Source: Lytechinus pictus (lineage: Eukaryota). Taken from it: DNA of 64,000 bases. Where the stretch lies: the NCBI RefSeq assembly GCF_037042905.1, contig NC_087245.1, positions 4,962,001 through 5,026,000 of the forward strand, in the 5' to 3' direction. Made by a program: the position numbers and the translations under genes. The stretch's first letter is position 1. The number at the start of each line of letters is the position of its first letter. Shown one piece after another: positions 9,401-19,579 of the stretch. Under the pieces are notes generated by a model. That model was not told the origin of the DNA. It worked only from the letters and a program-made list of their open reading frames with translations, and ran no database searches.

Positions 9401-10635
9401 CCACCAAGCTTCGTTACAAAGAACACGCAGAATGTTTCTATAAATTGGTCAACTTCCGTTACACGTGGTCAAACCTAACACCCTACATGATCAAATTCAT
9501 TGATTATGCTCCATATTTTATGAATAATTTGCCGTTTCCTATGAGCCGTTTCCAAACTGAAGGGGGAGAACATTTAAATTATATTCATAGTTCGTTTTAT
9601 TACAAGCATACTACCCGCCATGGTGGAAAGATAAAAAAAGACCCTCAATATTCATTTCTCCTTAGCATGTACCGCAGATTGCATTATGAAATTGGAAGTG
9701 AAGAATCAAGTACACATTTTCAACATTTTGTCAAGAGGCATATGGCTGCAAGTACAATTCAGGCATTCTACCGGGGATATTCTGTAAGGAAATCTTTGCA
9801 AAACGCAGGCTGGCATTCTAATCCACAGAGTGCCAGTGAAAAGACCCAAAATCGTGTAATCATGAGGGAATTTGAGTCTTGTAGGAATCCCTTGAAAGAT
9901 CTGTCCCAAAATCTACCAATTTTCCACAAGAAGCATTTTGTTTTATCAGGTAGTGTTCCTCCAGGACTTGGCCAAAGATGGACACAGGGGAGTTTGAGTG
10001 AAAAAATCGAATTGCTTGGTGGAAAGGTGCGGAAATGTCTTCCAGGAAATACTAAAGGACGATCTACCAAAATTGTGTATGTATTAGTTAATACGGATGC
10101 AATAAAAAAGAAGAAAATACCAGATATTGTGCATGAGGCTTTCTTAAAACGGCAAATCGTTCTGGATTATAGGTATATATTTGATTCTATTGAACAAAAT
10201 GCCCGTATATCATTTGAATCATATATTCCGAACTTTGCTAACTCCTTCAATGAAACCAATCAGAACAAGCCAATAAATGCCCAACATTTTGGCCATAAAT
10301 TGGGTGTTGCGTCAATTCTAAAAAAGCGAGGGAGGCCTAGAACAAGAAAAACCAGCACAGTACCAAAAACAAAGTTCCCTCGAAATGTAGTCCTGATGTA
10401 TGGCCATATTAAGAGGAAAGAGTACCTTGAAAATGTTAATGTATCCTTTTCAGATCAAGGAAGTCTTATAAAGAAATATTGCGATGAGTTTAGAAAACTT
10501 CCACTTGAACAGAAAATGCACTTTGAGAGATTGTGGAATGCCAAGAGACAAGATCACCTGGAAAGAATTGAAAAATTACAGCAAATAAAATCATACAATA
10601 AGGTGACGTCTCCATTTTACAAAGGATTACGGTAG
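6379..10635 (+). CDS. RAG1-core/Transib-like DDE transposase fused to two Bro-N-like repeats, IQ, BRCT, AT-hook and HMG-box
   Basis: 1418-codon open frame (first ATG 6628). Motifs in RAG1/Transib order: LWGDGR (D, 8464), FQSPNH, LCGDEMFL (D, 8692), VVFDPMHGFTR (8896), LTPYM...SRFQTEGGEHLN (E, 9568; compare RAG1 ITNYFH...AWASEGNESGN). Then IQAFYRGYSVR (9757), BRCT-like segment (~9919-10227), KKRGRPR (10321) and HMG-like segment (~10378-10560). Confidence 0.75.
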   Translation: MKITSHPLVIQGNPQLKKYRTQVLVLPLLYTKLCKDFTASDTPPTKHNSPLSARDTFQAKIGPASTFSSTPLTKFVYDYSGTPMTKSIPLSSSTPMSRSRSPSSMSRASGSPPPEIGSFSNASYSPVNKYVYEDINRSTDCVAPKTKKRLLFDDHIQLKKRQTDSLSAKFDLSPIGSDYSFQSPKPESSSSASDTPLNNPSFSFGTASTSLGDHSSASADVTPKNKSSSPASDFSSTKNCNTTCTSTESDTCNPSDETIATQKQYKAESENTGDKSFIKLIRGINKYSKHFTNILGHSIAYTINDADLYISCDVLKVAGVYLKAGYRKIDKLLSEEYTGEKATFLVEWKKRTFILKEALLIVLHKHHYEKQRKQLVIDHITNLNPGLDFENIPDKCNDIESVKDDTSIKNENDNRKENCHNGIQCPSNAHAYFTLFSTKIPCFSTESNIYLEVEPIFKNVAIHYHIKKNSWKYVDKCLTKHDIDVKIAFCKRRCHISFEALVVLLEKFRPGDGENKKRVVKELTHQLYILSLLGLDKKKEKMHWAESSLNDPETRKHVLDQLAKQKLTKDEIDQVLKTTQASKTKSKSSNKMSITENVYEIYRSSHPVTEEDLIYMSDNYSGSRLLNQFRKKIPGILPSYSKEKEARQNYVKSFGAILNPRRTATGWFIDPCRLLEMLTYKYPFLTSKLSVRLWGDGREIGGRQSTFMVLSILNNDLYLHDILFQSPNHLYPFTIFYESDSRDNLEENLSSINICKSLEKFCDPSNIYLCGDEMFLIKILDGSGILSPTSERGWNLYHACMKEDKKEVAANGIRTDREVKIDRKFPESLVQVPLSNVVFDPMHGFTRIVEKLLKLEVEKILFEGNKEEQKSGSSSKKILIENLVTNINNRGVRQGNFQIHFDKSGRPEQISLNKDHALSIVGILNNDSIVHVLHNVVPKRELISASHEIVRPYFDSPIITEFDVAAKIFDTIFHMYTILKTEPSPVLLAGRPKGSLKENDYTWGYDETTKLRYKEHAECFYKLVNFRYTWSNLTPYMIKFIDYAPYFMNNLPFPMSRFQTEGGEHLNYIHSSFYYKHTTRHGGKIKKDPQYSFLLSMYRRLHYEIGSEESSTHFQHFVKRHMAASTIQAFYRGYSVRKSLQNAGWHSNPQSASEKTQNRVIMREFESCRNPLKDLSQNLPIFHKKHFVLSGSVPPGLGQRWTQGSLSEKIELLGGKVRKCLPGNTKGRSTKIVYVLVNTDAIKKKKIPDIVHEAFLKRQIVLDYRYIFDSIEQNARISFESYIPNFANSFNETNQNKPINAQHFGHKLGVASILKKRGRPRTRKTSTVPKTKFPRNVVLMYGHIKRKEYLENVNVSFSDQGSLIKKYCDEFRKLPLEQKMHFERLWNAKRQDHLERIEKLQQIKSYNKVTSPFYKGLR

Positions 10636-11068
10636 TTATATTGGAACTACAGCTTGACGTGTTTCTTCTCAACAGGTAGTCACGGTGCTCAGTTGTATGA
10701 GACTGCTATTTATAATGTACATGCTCTGACTTCTCAATGATAGGTCATTTCAAATTGCAATGAATTGAGATGGTATGAAGTTAAATTTAACTTTATTCTA
10801 CAGAAAGTATTAATTTTGCTTATTAGGAAGATTAAAAGGATAAGTTGAACCTAGTATTCAATTGAAATGTGAGCAGTAATTTCTATATAGTCTATAGCCT
10901 TTAGACATATTTATATAATTCCAAAAGTATATGTTCAATACGAACATACTGAAGTGACAGTCTCTTTGTCAATCATGGTGAGTTTTCCAAAGTGTAGTGT
11001 ATACCAATGTATACACGGAGATGATATTGATAATGATTTTTTATCCTAGCCTCTTTCGCGCCCAGGCA

Positions 11069-11341
11069 ATGGTGACTGATGATTATACATTAGGCCCGGG
11101 CACTCACCAGGGTCCCCAGGGTATCAATCTTTTCGCTCGGGTCGACCAAAAGCAGCGACGTCTTGAACATGTTGAAGAGGCTATTTTGTCAAAGCTGTTC
11201 ACATTGGGAATCAGGTATCGCCTAACTTACCAAAGAAACGGCGGCCTATATTGTGTCGAGTACCCGTCTGGATTGTGCCTCATTAATGTAATACATTGTC
11301 TAGTTCCCCTTATGTTTTATTTGCAAGGGATCATAATATGA
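11069..11341 (+). CDS. Possible small unknown ORF or exon downstream of the transposase
   Basis: GC-richer open frame MVTDDYTLGPG...LQGIII* after a plausible acceptor ttttatcctag. No homology recognised. Confidence 0.3.
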   Translation: MVTDDYTLGPGTHQGPQGINLFARVDQKQRRLEHVEEAILSKLFTLGIRYRLTYQRNGGLYCVEYPSGLCLINVIHCLVPLMFYLQGIII

Positions 11342-11695
11342 ATGATATTCACATATATCAAAAGAACTTGGTTGTATTGAACTGAACTGAAATTATCATG
11401 CTATCACAATTTACGTTTCCGCTGTTTGTTGTTGGTGCTCTCTTTAAAGATAGATGGGTTCAAAAAGTTACTTTGTCCGAAATGAGGTATTATCCATCGG
11501 TTATATCATAGTTTACAACATTCTCTCACTGATGATTTTACAAGAGCAATTCATTCTCACATATACATTCGGGTACATTCAGCCCACATTTGAAGTACAT
11601 GAACGTCTGAAACAACGGCTCATATATTTTGTGACTGTGAAAATGTTTCCGCCTGTTGCAAATTTTAATTCTAATTTCATTTTGTCTAATTTCAG

Positions 11696-11995
11696 AAAAA
11701 AACTTTTGATGGTCCGGATAAGTTTATATCCTACTTATTTTATCATTGAAGCACTTCATAAGTTGTTCCAAACTTTGGACCATTTAGATCATTTGTTAAG
11801 AAGGAAAAAGAAATTGAATATTGTTTGGCAAAAAAAAGACAAAAACTCTCGGCTCATTTCAAGAATTGGGAGTTTGAATTTTATCTTTGTCATCTTATTG
11901 TCTATCCATGTATCCTGTTAACTGTGTATGAGCATACAAATACCTTCCATCAAATTTGCTGTGTATATAAAGATCATGGTTGTGTCATTGCATAA
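11696..11995 (+). pseudogene. Possible decayed coding exon
   Basis: After acceptor ctaatttcag one frame reads KTFDGPDKFISYLFYH*STS*VVPNFGPFRSFVKKEKEIEYCLAKKRQKLSAHFKNWEFEFYLCH...CVIA*. Protein-like but with two early stops. Confidence 0.25.
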
Positions 11996-12989
11996 AACTT
12001 TCCACTTTTTGTATTTTTTAATATTTATTATTTCTTTACTAATGATGTTATGATTACTTGTAAATATTGTAATTATGTTTGATTTGTTATTTTTTGTTTA
12101 TAATTGGTCTTTGTTGACCCAATACAAGATACATACAAAATAATAAATGAATGTCTCTTAAGATTGCTCAACATACGGACAAACATTGCATTTCGCAGGC
12201 TGAACTATAAATATGTTGGCATTTAAAACGTCACTCGTTTTCAAGCTTGCTCATATTTTTTTTTAATTTGTGAAACATTTTTTACATACGACCTATGCAA
12301 TTCTTACGTGCCTTTGGATTTTTTTTTTGGAAAATGTAGAAAGTTTTTTACGACATTTTTGTGACTGTGATTACCGTGGGTATAAAAATGAGTGTTGATG
12401 TGTTTAATACTTGCATTTGAGCTTTTTAGTATTAGTTCATTCATTTAAAACCATAGCATAATTAACCTTGTAATAGAAGGTGATTATCCTGTATTTAATT
12501 GTCTATAAAAACACACGAAAGAATATAGGGATGTTTTTCACGGCCGGGTGATAGACACACGTACAGTGTAACTTAAATTTGCCAAAATCTGGAAGAGCGG
12601 CATACTTTTCAAACCTGGATATGTGAAACTGTATATAGTTTACCCTACCATGGCATGCAAATAGATTATTTGAAGTTGTCTTTAGAGTAGGGACTAAAAG
12701 CAAAAAAAAAAAAATAGGGAACTCAAACTGAAACTGAATTCACAGCCCTGTGAGGGAAAGATGATTGGCCATTTTGAATGTACATGGGCGAATGATATCA
12801 CCCCCCCAAAAAAAAAAAAGATTAATTCATGATTAATGTACCTACTATCAAGTGAAAGATTTTGTCAAACACTATTGTGCAGAAAAACTGATGATATCCC
12901 GTGTATTTGTTGTTGGCAGCACTTTTGGTTTAAAACACAACAAGAAAAATATAGAGGAAAGCGCTGTACAGGGGCTTGGTTCGAAAGAA

Positions 12990-13579
12990 TTAAAGGGGAA
13001 TGAAACCTTTGGAACAAGATACCTTGTGTGTAAACAGAAAAATCAAAGAAACAGATCAATGAAAGTTTGAAAAAATCGGACAAATAATGAGAAAGTTATG
13101 AGCTTTTGAAAATTGCGATCACTAATGCTATGCAGACCATCCCATTGACAATGCGATAAAGATGTATGATGTCACTTGTGAACAACTCTCCCAATTACTT
13201 TAGTTTATTTTTCACGTAAAATGCCTCTTTATCACATCTATCAGCAGATCATGTGTTCTTTCTATAGGAGGCATGCAATACAGATTTCTAAAGAATACAT
13301 CATGGATAAAGAGTTTGTATCACCATAAGAAAAAGCAAAAAGAGACATTTTGGGGGTATTTCATAGTCCATCAAAGGGAAAGTTGTTCACATGTGACATC
13401 ACCCATCCTTGTCGTATTGCCAATGTGAGGATCTCCATGGCATTAGTGATTGCAATATTCAAATGCTCATAACTTTCTCATTATTTGTCCGATTTTTCTC
13501 AATCTTTCTTTGTTCGTATTCTTTGATTTTTCTGTCTTGACACAAACCTACTTGTTCCAAAGGTTTCATTCCCCTTTAA
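12990..13579. mobile_element. Kolobok-like MITE, family A
   Basis: TTAA-aggggaatgaaacctttggaacaag ... cttgttccaaaggtttcattcccct-TTAA. Long imperfect TIRs; same family as 29841-30431. Confidence 0.85.
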
Positions 13580-13797
13580 TGGTTTGTAGCATTATTTTAT
13601 CATTTTGTATTTACTATCTACACGTACAAGGATGTAGGCATTACGCATTTTGTTATATTTCAATATTTGCAAACCTATATTTGAAGTGTATGGAATTGTT
13701 ATTTGTAACTTTCCTTGAAACTTTAATCGCTATGGATGCAAACCATTGAGTAAATTTTTGCCTTTATGTGTGCTTAATACTCTGTAAATATTCTCGC

Positions 13798-14768
13798 AAG
13801 TGGTATACTCCAGGTTGAAAATAATATGATTTGAGCGAATAAAAAATCAGACAAACGAAACACTTAAAGGACAAGCCCACCCCAACAAAAACTTAATTTG
13901 AATAAAAAGATAAAAATTCAACAAGCATAACACTGAAAATTTCATTCCTCCCTGCATGAGCACGTGGAATTCCATTTTAACATATTATGCTTCAGGCAAG
14001 GATGTCCTAATCTTCAAATTCGTAAAAATTGAAATATTGTATAATTCAAACAATACAAAACAAAAGAAATAGTGAGTGAGTGACATCATCGACTCTCTCA
14101 TTTGGATGTAACTGGCTCGTTCATATAACTGTTTTGTTAAAAATAAGCGAAACTTTGAAATGTCATAACTTTCTTATTTTACATCAGATTTTCATGAAAT
14201 TTTCAGCATTGTGCTTGTCTGATTTTTCTCTATTGATTCAATTCAACATTTTTCTTAGGTGGACTTGACCTTTAAGATTGGATCAAAATCTTACAAGGAA
14301 TGTCGAAATTGTAATATCTGAAACAATTCTACATGTGTGCATGTGTCAATGGGTATTCAATGAACAAACTTATAATTATAATTAATCACTCACCATTTGT
14401 TATTTTATATTTCATTACATGAAATTATGTTTATCCATATTTTGTCCAAGAAGAAATAAATGGAATAACATATGATTCAATTCATTAGATATTCATAGCT
14501 GCAACTTATTTTTTATTATATTAGGGAGACATACACATATGTATGAAAGAAATCAATGTGATTTTATGTAATAACATAACAAAAAAAGGAAAGTGGCGAT
14601 GTAAAGTTATCAACCTATGTAATGGGTATTCATAAAAACGTGAATCTGACTGTATTTTTAACATTGCTATGCATTAAAATTCAATAACTTCGTTATTTGT
14701 TATAAGATTTTGATTAAATTTTCAAGTGAATTTAGATAGGATTACTTTCAGCCTGGAGTACCATTTAA
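13798..14768. mobile_element. Degenerate TTAA MITE (outer element) interrupted by a nested MITE
   Basis: Left aagtggtatactccaggttgaaa versus right tttcagcctggagtaccatttaa. Internal sequence resembles 36824-37239. Confidence 0.55.
13864..14275. mobile_element. Kolobok-like MITE nested at a TTAA site
   Basis: TTAA-aggacaagcccacc ... ggtggacttgacct-TTAA. Confidence 0.75.
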
Positions 14769-15799
14769 ACTTTTTATATGTATACATACAATATATATTT
14801 AAAAAAACGACATTGATAAACCATTTTCTTCTGACATGTATATCTCATTACTTACATAAAAAGACTTGTGATTTGTCGAACTTGCTTAATAAATCATGAG
14901 AACTCTATTTCATTGGAGCATCTTCTAGTCATTTGTTGTTAGTAGGAGTTTTAAATCAGTGTCTAGAATTCATAAAAAACTAAGAAAGGTCATCATGGTA
15001 ACTACCAAATGGCTCTTTAACTCCTCTAGTCATTCATACTCACTTCTAAGAACAATTTCTCAATTTTCTTACAATTTCATACTCTAATTTTCTTGTGTCT
15101 TTCAAGTCTCTCTGTACGATAATTTGACCCACCAACAGAACACACTGAATGAGAACATTCAAAAAGGGTGAACAGCTTTTATAGAGGATAATAAATGGCT
15201 GCGAACATACCCCTTCCCGAAAAGTCAGAAGAGAGACAGTCCGTTACATGATTAGAGGGAGTGGAAACGCATAAAATAATAGGAAATGTAAATCAGATGC
15301 ACAATAATAATATGTGAGATGTGTGGTCGATGGCTTTAGTGTAGTACCCAAAAAAAAAATCCATCCCCTTATCATTACCCAGCATATTTCACGATATGAT
15401 CCTTAATTTAAAGAAATATATAAATAAAAGGGCATGCGATGTATTTACATGAAAGGGAGAGAGGTGTAAATGACCAAAAAAAATGATAGCCCGAGTGATA
15501 GAGATAAGAACAAAGAGAGAGGGAGAGGGAGAGAGAGAGAGAGAGGGGGAGAGAGTGGGGCAGGGAGATGAACAAATCTAACTCGCACCTTCAAAATGTC
15601 TGAGTATAAGACTATTGACCCATATCAGGGTTTGCTTCGCTGCGGTTAACTAGTAGAGCAATAATGAAGTCCCCAAGGGGGTCTATGTTTACTCAGGGAT
15701 TAGCTATCCTGATAACAGTCTTGGGGTTGGAATACATCTCAATGACTCAATGTTTAAACGTGAAGTTTTCGTCATGATGACTGACAACCACCTTCCAAT

Positions 15800-16226
15800 A
15801 TGAATAGCGAAACTCTTCTACTGTTATGACTGGCGAACTCCTTCTAGTACTATTATGACTAGCGAACCTCTTTTGCTATTATGACTGGCGAAACTCTTCT
15901 ACTATTATGACTGGCGACCCTCTTCTAATATTATGACTGGCGAACCTCTTTTAATATTATGACTGGCGACCCTCTTTTACTATTATGATTGGCGAACCTC
16001 TTCTACTATTATGACTGATGGCGACCCTCTCTAGCGAACCTTATGGTTAATGAACCCCTTTCCTCCTTATGACTATAGCGACCCTCTTGTTTGATTATGA
16101 CGAGCGACCCTATTCTTTGATTATGGCTAGCGACCTCTATGAGCATAGACCCTTATAAATAGCGACCTTATGGTCATTATGACTAGCGGTCCTTATGACT
16201 AGTGGGTATAATAAATATGACTAGCG
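15800..16226 (+). repeat. 26-bp minisatellite (TATTATGACTGGCGAACCTCTTCTAC) degenerating toward the 3' end
   Basis: About 8 well-conserved head-to-tail units, then degraded ttatgactagcgacc cores. Confidence 0.85.
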
Positions 16227-16586
16227 AGTGCACCCCGGCTCCGCTCCCGTGATCAATCTATTCTTACAAGAATTTGGCCGTGACAAATCCCTACGTTTAG
16301 CTTATCATGCTTATGCACTGCATCATGGGAGTTTAGTTATAATAAGTCAATTTATGAATAAGTGATTCAAATGACTTTCATATATGATTATAACTTTTAT
16401 TATAAACGAATCAAAACATCCTTTAAATACACTTTCGTGAATATGGGAGGGGGTCATCTGGTATCTTTGTGGAAGCGGGGGAGTTTGTACAAAAATATTT
16501 TGGCCTACCGTATTCTTTAAATTAAGTGTACGATGAGTTACTGATGACATTGATCAAAATGCCGTTAATGAAACACTTATCTTTAC

Positions 16587-16604
16587 CATGGAGCTAGCTC
16601 CATG
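16587..16604. mobile_element. P-superfamily-like transposon excision footprint
   Basis: tctttac|CATGGAGCTAGCTCCATG|tctttac: 18-bp palindrome with a 7-bp direct repeat. Confidence 0.6.
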
Positions 16605-17319
16605 TCTTTACCATTTTATCTATTATTTTGTAGGGGACTTAAATCACATTGATTAATACAACAATGCAATAAATATCTAAAAAAAACTTTTTATATGCAT
16701 CATTGTAATATTTCCATGTTTTGGAAGTTTATATTGTGGCCTGTGATGGCCTATATGATCATAATTCATAAGGCACCCTTATTCCCGATAATCAAGATCC
16801 TATTTTTGTTTTCATTCTCATCTCACCTTCAACCAGCAGTGAGCATATGAGTTTTCATTGAACAAAACTCGACTATTTAATCTCTATTTGCTCTTTTGTG
16901 TATAATTCTTGTTCATATTTTCTACTAGTTTATATTATTACCCTTATCCCTTAATATACCCTTATCATCCACTGTAATTAACGCATATTAATTCTAAACG
17001 AATGATACGAATCAACATTTTAAAACTCGCTAACTACGCTCACCGCCGCAATTTCGGTCGTAATTACAGGCTCCCTTGAAAGACGATTTGGTAATGATCA
17101 TTCTGTCTTCTAACTATGGAAAATTTGCTAAATCATCTCTACTGTAATCCAGCTAGTATAGCTTAATTACGTCACAACAAATCAATTACAATAATGATAG
17201 CCATCGAAAAAACCCATCGCAGGTATGTACCCCTGTAGCTTGTGAAGTGATAATTACACGTCACTTGAAAGAGGTAAAATTTTAGGGCAACATTCTTTTT
17301 TTTCATCTACTGAAAATTT

Positions 17320-18600
17320 ACTCGCTCGCCGCGACGCTCGCTCGCATATTGATATTAACTACAATTAATTACTTTATAGCCATTTTAAAAATTGCCATAG
17401 GCCTTTAACTGAAAGATGGTAGTATGATGTACATGGTCATATACCCCGCCCTTGGTGTGGGGGTGCCCCCCCCCCCAAATTTTGAATTTTCAGGTCATAT
17501 TACTATCATCCCCCTCGGACCAAGATTTACGCCAGTGCTATATATCAATCAAAATTCAGCGCTTTGCATTTACATTAGATACGCATCCTGTTCATGGTTA
17601 TATACAATTAAAAGGTGCTTAGAATCTCGGTTAGAATATCCCATTTTAGGTCTAAATCGCCAAAAAAAAATCATCTCGCATTTCGTATTCGCATGCATGG
17701 AGCTATATAGCATCCATACGTGTTCCTTCATGTTAAACGCTGTTTAACATGTACCCTACTTTGGGATAGTATTTTTTTTAAATCCAGCTCGCATCAATTC
17801 TTTATTGAAATACACAGCCTGTTCTTTGTTTCAAAATGTGCTTAAAAAGTATAGTACAGACTCGAATGTAATAGGTCCTAAATTTCCAGCTCTCGTCATC
17901 AGATCTATTTCGGCATCTTAGGAAAATGGCTAGCGCACATAATTTCATGATTAAAACACTCAACAAAAGTGAATCCTGTTTTCAGGTATAATCTCAAAAG
18001 TTTTTCAACTCACGAAGTTGGTGCTCGCATTATCTTCCTCGCTGCAAACAGTTATAAAAGGTCTCTTTTCACGGTCAATAGGCCTATATCAAAAATTTCA
18101 TCTCGTGCTCACACATCTTGATACATTCTTTACTCATCCAGTGACAATGGTCAATTTTTAAGTCTGAATAAATAATAATAATAAAAAGATGAGCTCGTGA
18201 ACACTTTGCGCTCGCATTATTTTTTTTTCAGAATAAAGCTAAGATGTACTTGAAGCTTCGCGCTTGTATTATGATTGATTATATGTATTTCCTTATCATA
18301 TTCTTAAAAAGATCCCTTTTCATGTCATATAAAAAATTTCAGCTCGCGCTCCCATTATTGTTTTCATTTGACCATGATTAAGAAATTTTCTCATATAATG
18401 TTCTATTTTCAGATCTGAATTCATGAAATATCCAAAAATTTGAGCTCGCGCTCGCATTATTCATTTTTTTCCTGTTTCTGTACGATAACACAAACTTATC
18501 GCAAAGCTAAACAAAGGTGAATTTTCACTTCAAATCCCCCGGCGTATCGGATGGGCTCGTCGTTTGTGCCCCCTGATCCCCCCCCCCCCCCCCCACCGAT
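17320..18600. repeat. Degenerate interspersed repeat with recurring gctcgc(gc)tcgcatt motifs
   Basis: Many spaced copies of (a)gctcgc...gcatt and poly-C tracts. Confidence 0.5.
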
Positions 18601-19450
18601 AAAAAAAAAAACGAGAAAAAAATAATGAAAAGGAAATGGCTAAAATCTGAAATATGATATTATTTTCTGGATATTAGATCTATATCAAAATCCATAATTC
18701 TATGCCAAAATTGATCTGCTCTGCATATCCATCTGTGGCTGTGCTATAGTCATGGGCCAGTGGGCTGTGTGTGTTTCTGTGGGTACCCGGTACCGATACC
18801 GGTACCTAACCTTGTCTGACTGACAAACTCGCATATCCGATCGGATCACGGAACGCAGCAGCTGCATACCGAATATGCATGCATTGTCCCATGTATTGGA
18901 TATCATCGAGGGATGGAGAATTGTCGAACGAGATAGGAACATTGACAATTTGACATTGTTGAAAATCAATACAATACTCATAGCTAAAGTCTGTAAAGTG
19001 TAAGTCTACTTTTTTGTTATGGTTATATGATATAATTTATAACAGCCAATGAATTCTTATTTCATGCTTTTGTATGGACTTTGATGGTATGATTCTGCAG
19101 ATTCGTAGCTTAACCATTACCAGCGTTAGACAATTACAAATATCGATATTATCGGTACATGCAACTTTTATGCACGCATGTCCAATGCATTTTTCACAAT
19201 ATTCGAATTCCACAGGGGCCGAATCACGGATGTAGCATATTGGTTGTGCCAGGCAAAATGTATTATTTTTTAAAACTTATTTCGAGAGCTACTTTCACAA
19301 CCTAATTCCTCAACAAACGTTAAGTTACTTAGTCTTAGAAATCTAGTAATGGTCAGTTCCCCCATGTACGTCTGCGCGGTCTCCCAAGTCTGGACACCCG
19401 CGTATCTGCGCGATTCTAGTAAAAATAAAAAAAGAAGATACGCAACTAAG

Positions 19451-19579
19451 TTACCTCGAGCGAAGTTCGTGCAGGCTCCACTTCACTACCGCTACACTAC
19501 ACTCCACCTACCCGAAGGTGGAGCGTAGTGTAGCGGTAGTGAAGTGGAGTGGAGCCTGCACGAACTTCGCTCGAGGTAA
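19451..19579. mobile_element. ~130-bp near-perfect palindromic MITE
   Basis: ttacctcgagcgaagttcgtgcaggctccac ... gtggagcctgcacgaacttcgctcgaggtaa. A related right arm occurs at 54229-54269. Confidence 0.75.

Noticed and set aside
6379..10635. Orthologue of sea urchin RAG1L
   Set aside because: No RING or nonamer-binding region in the RAG1 position, no adjacent RAG2-like kelch/PHD gene seen, and very different flanking domains. Only the catalytic core motifs are shared.
15800..16226. CRISPR array
   Set aside because: Units are head-to-tail with no unique spacers, the context is eukaryotic and there are no cas genes.
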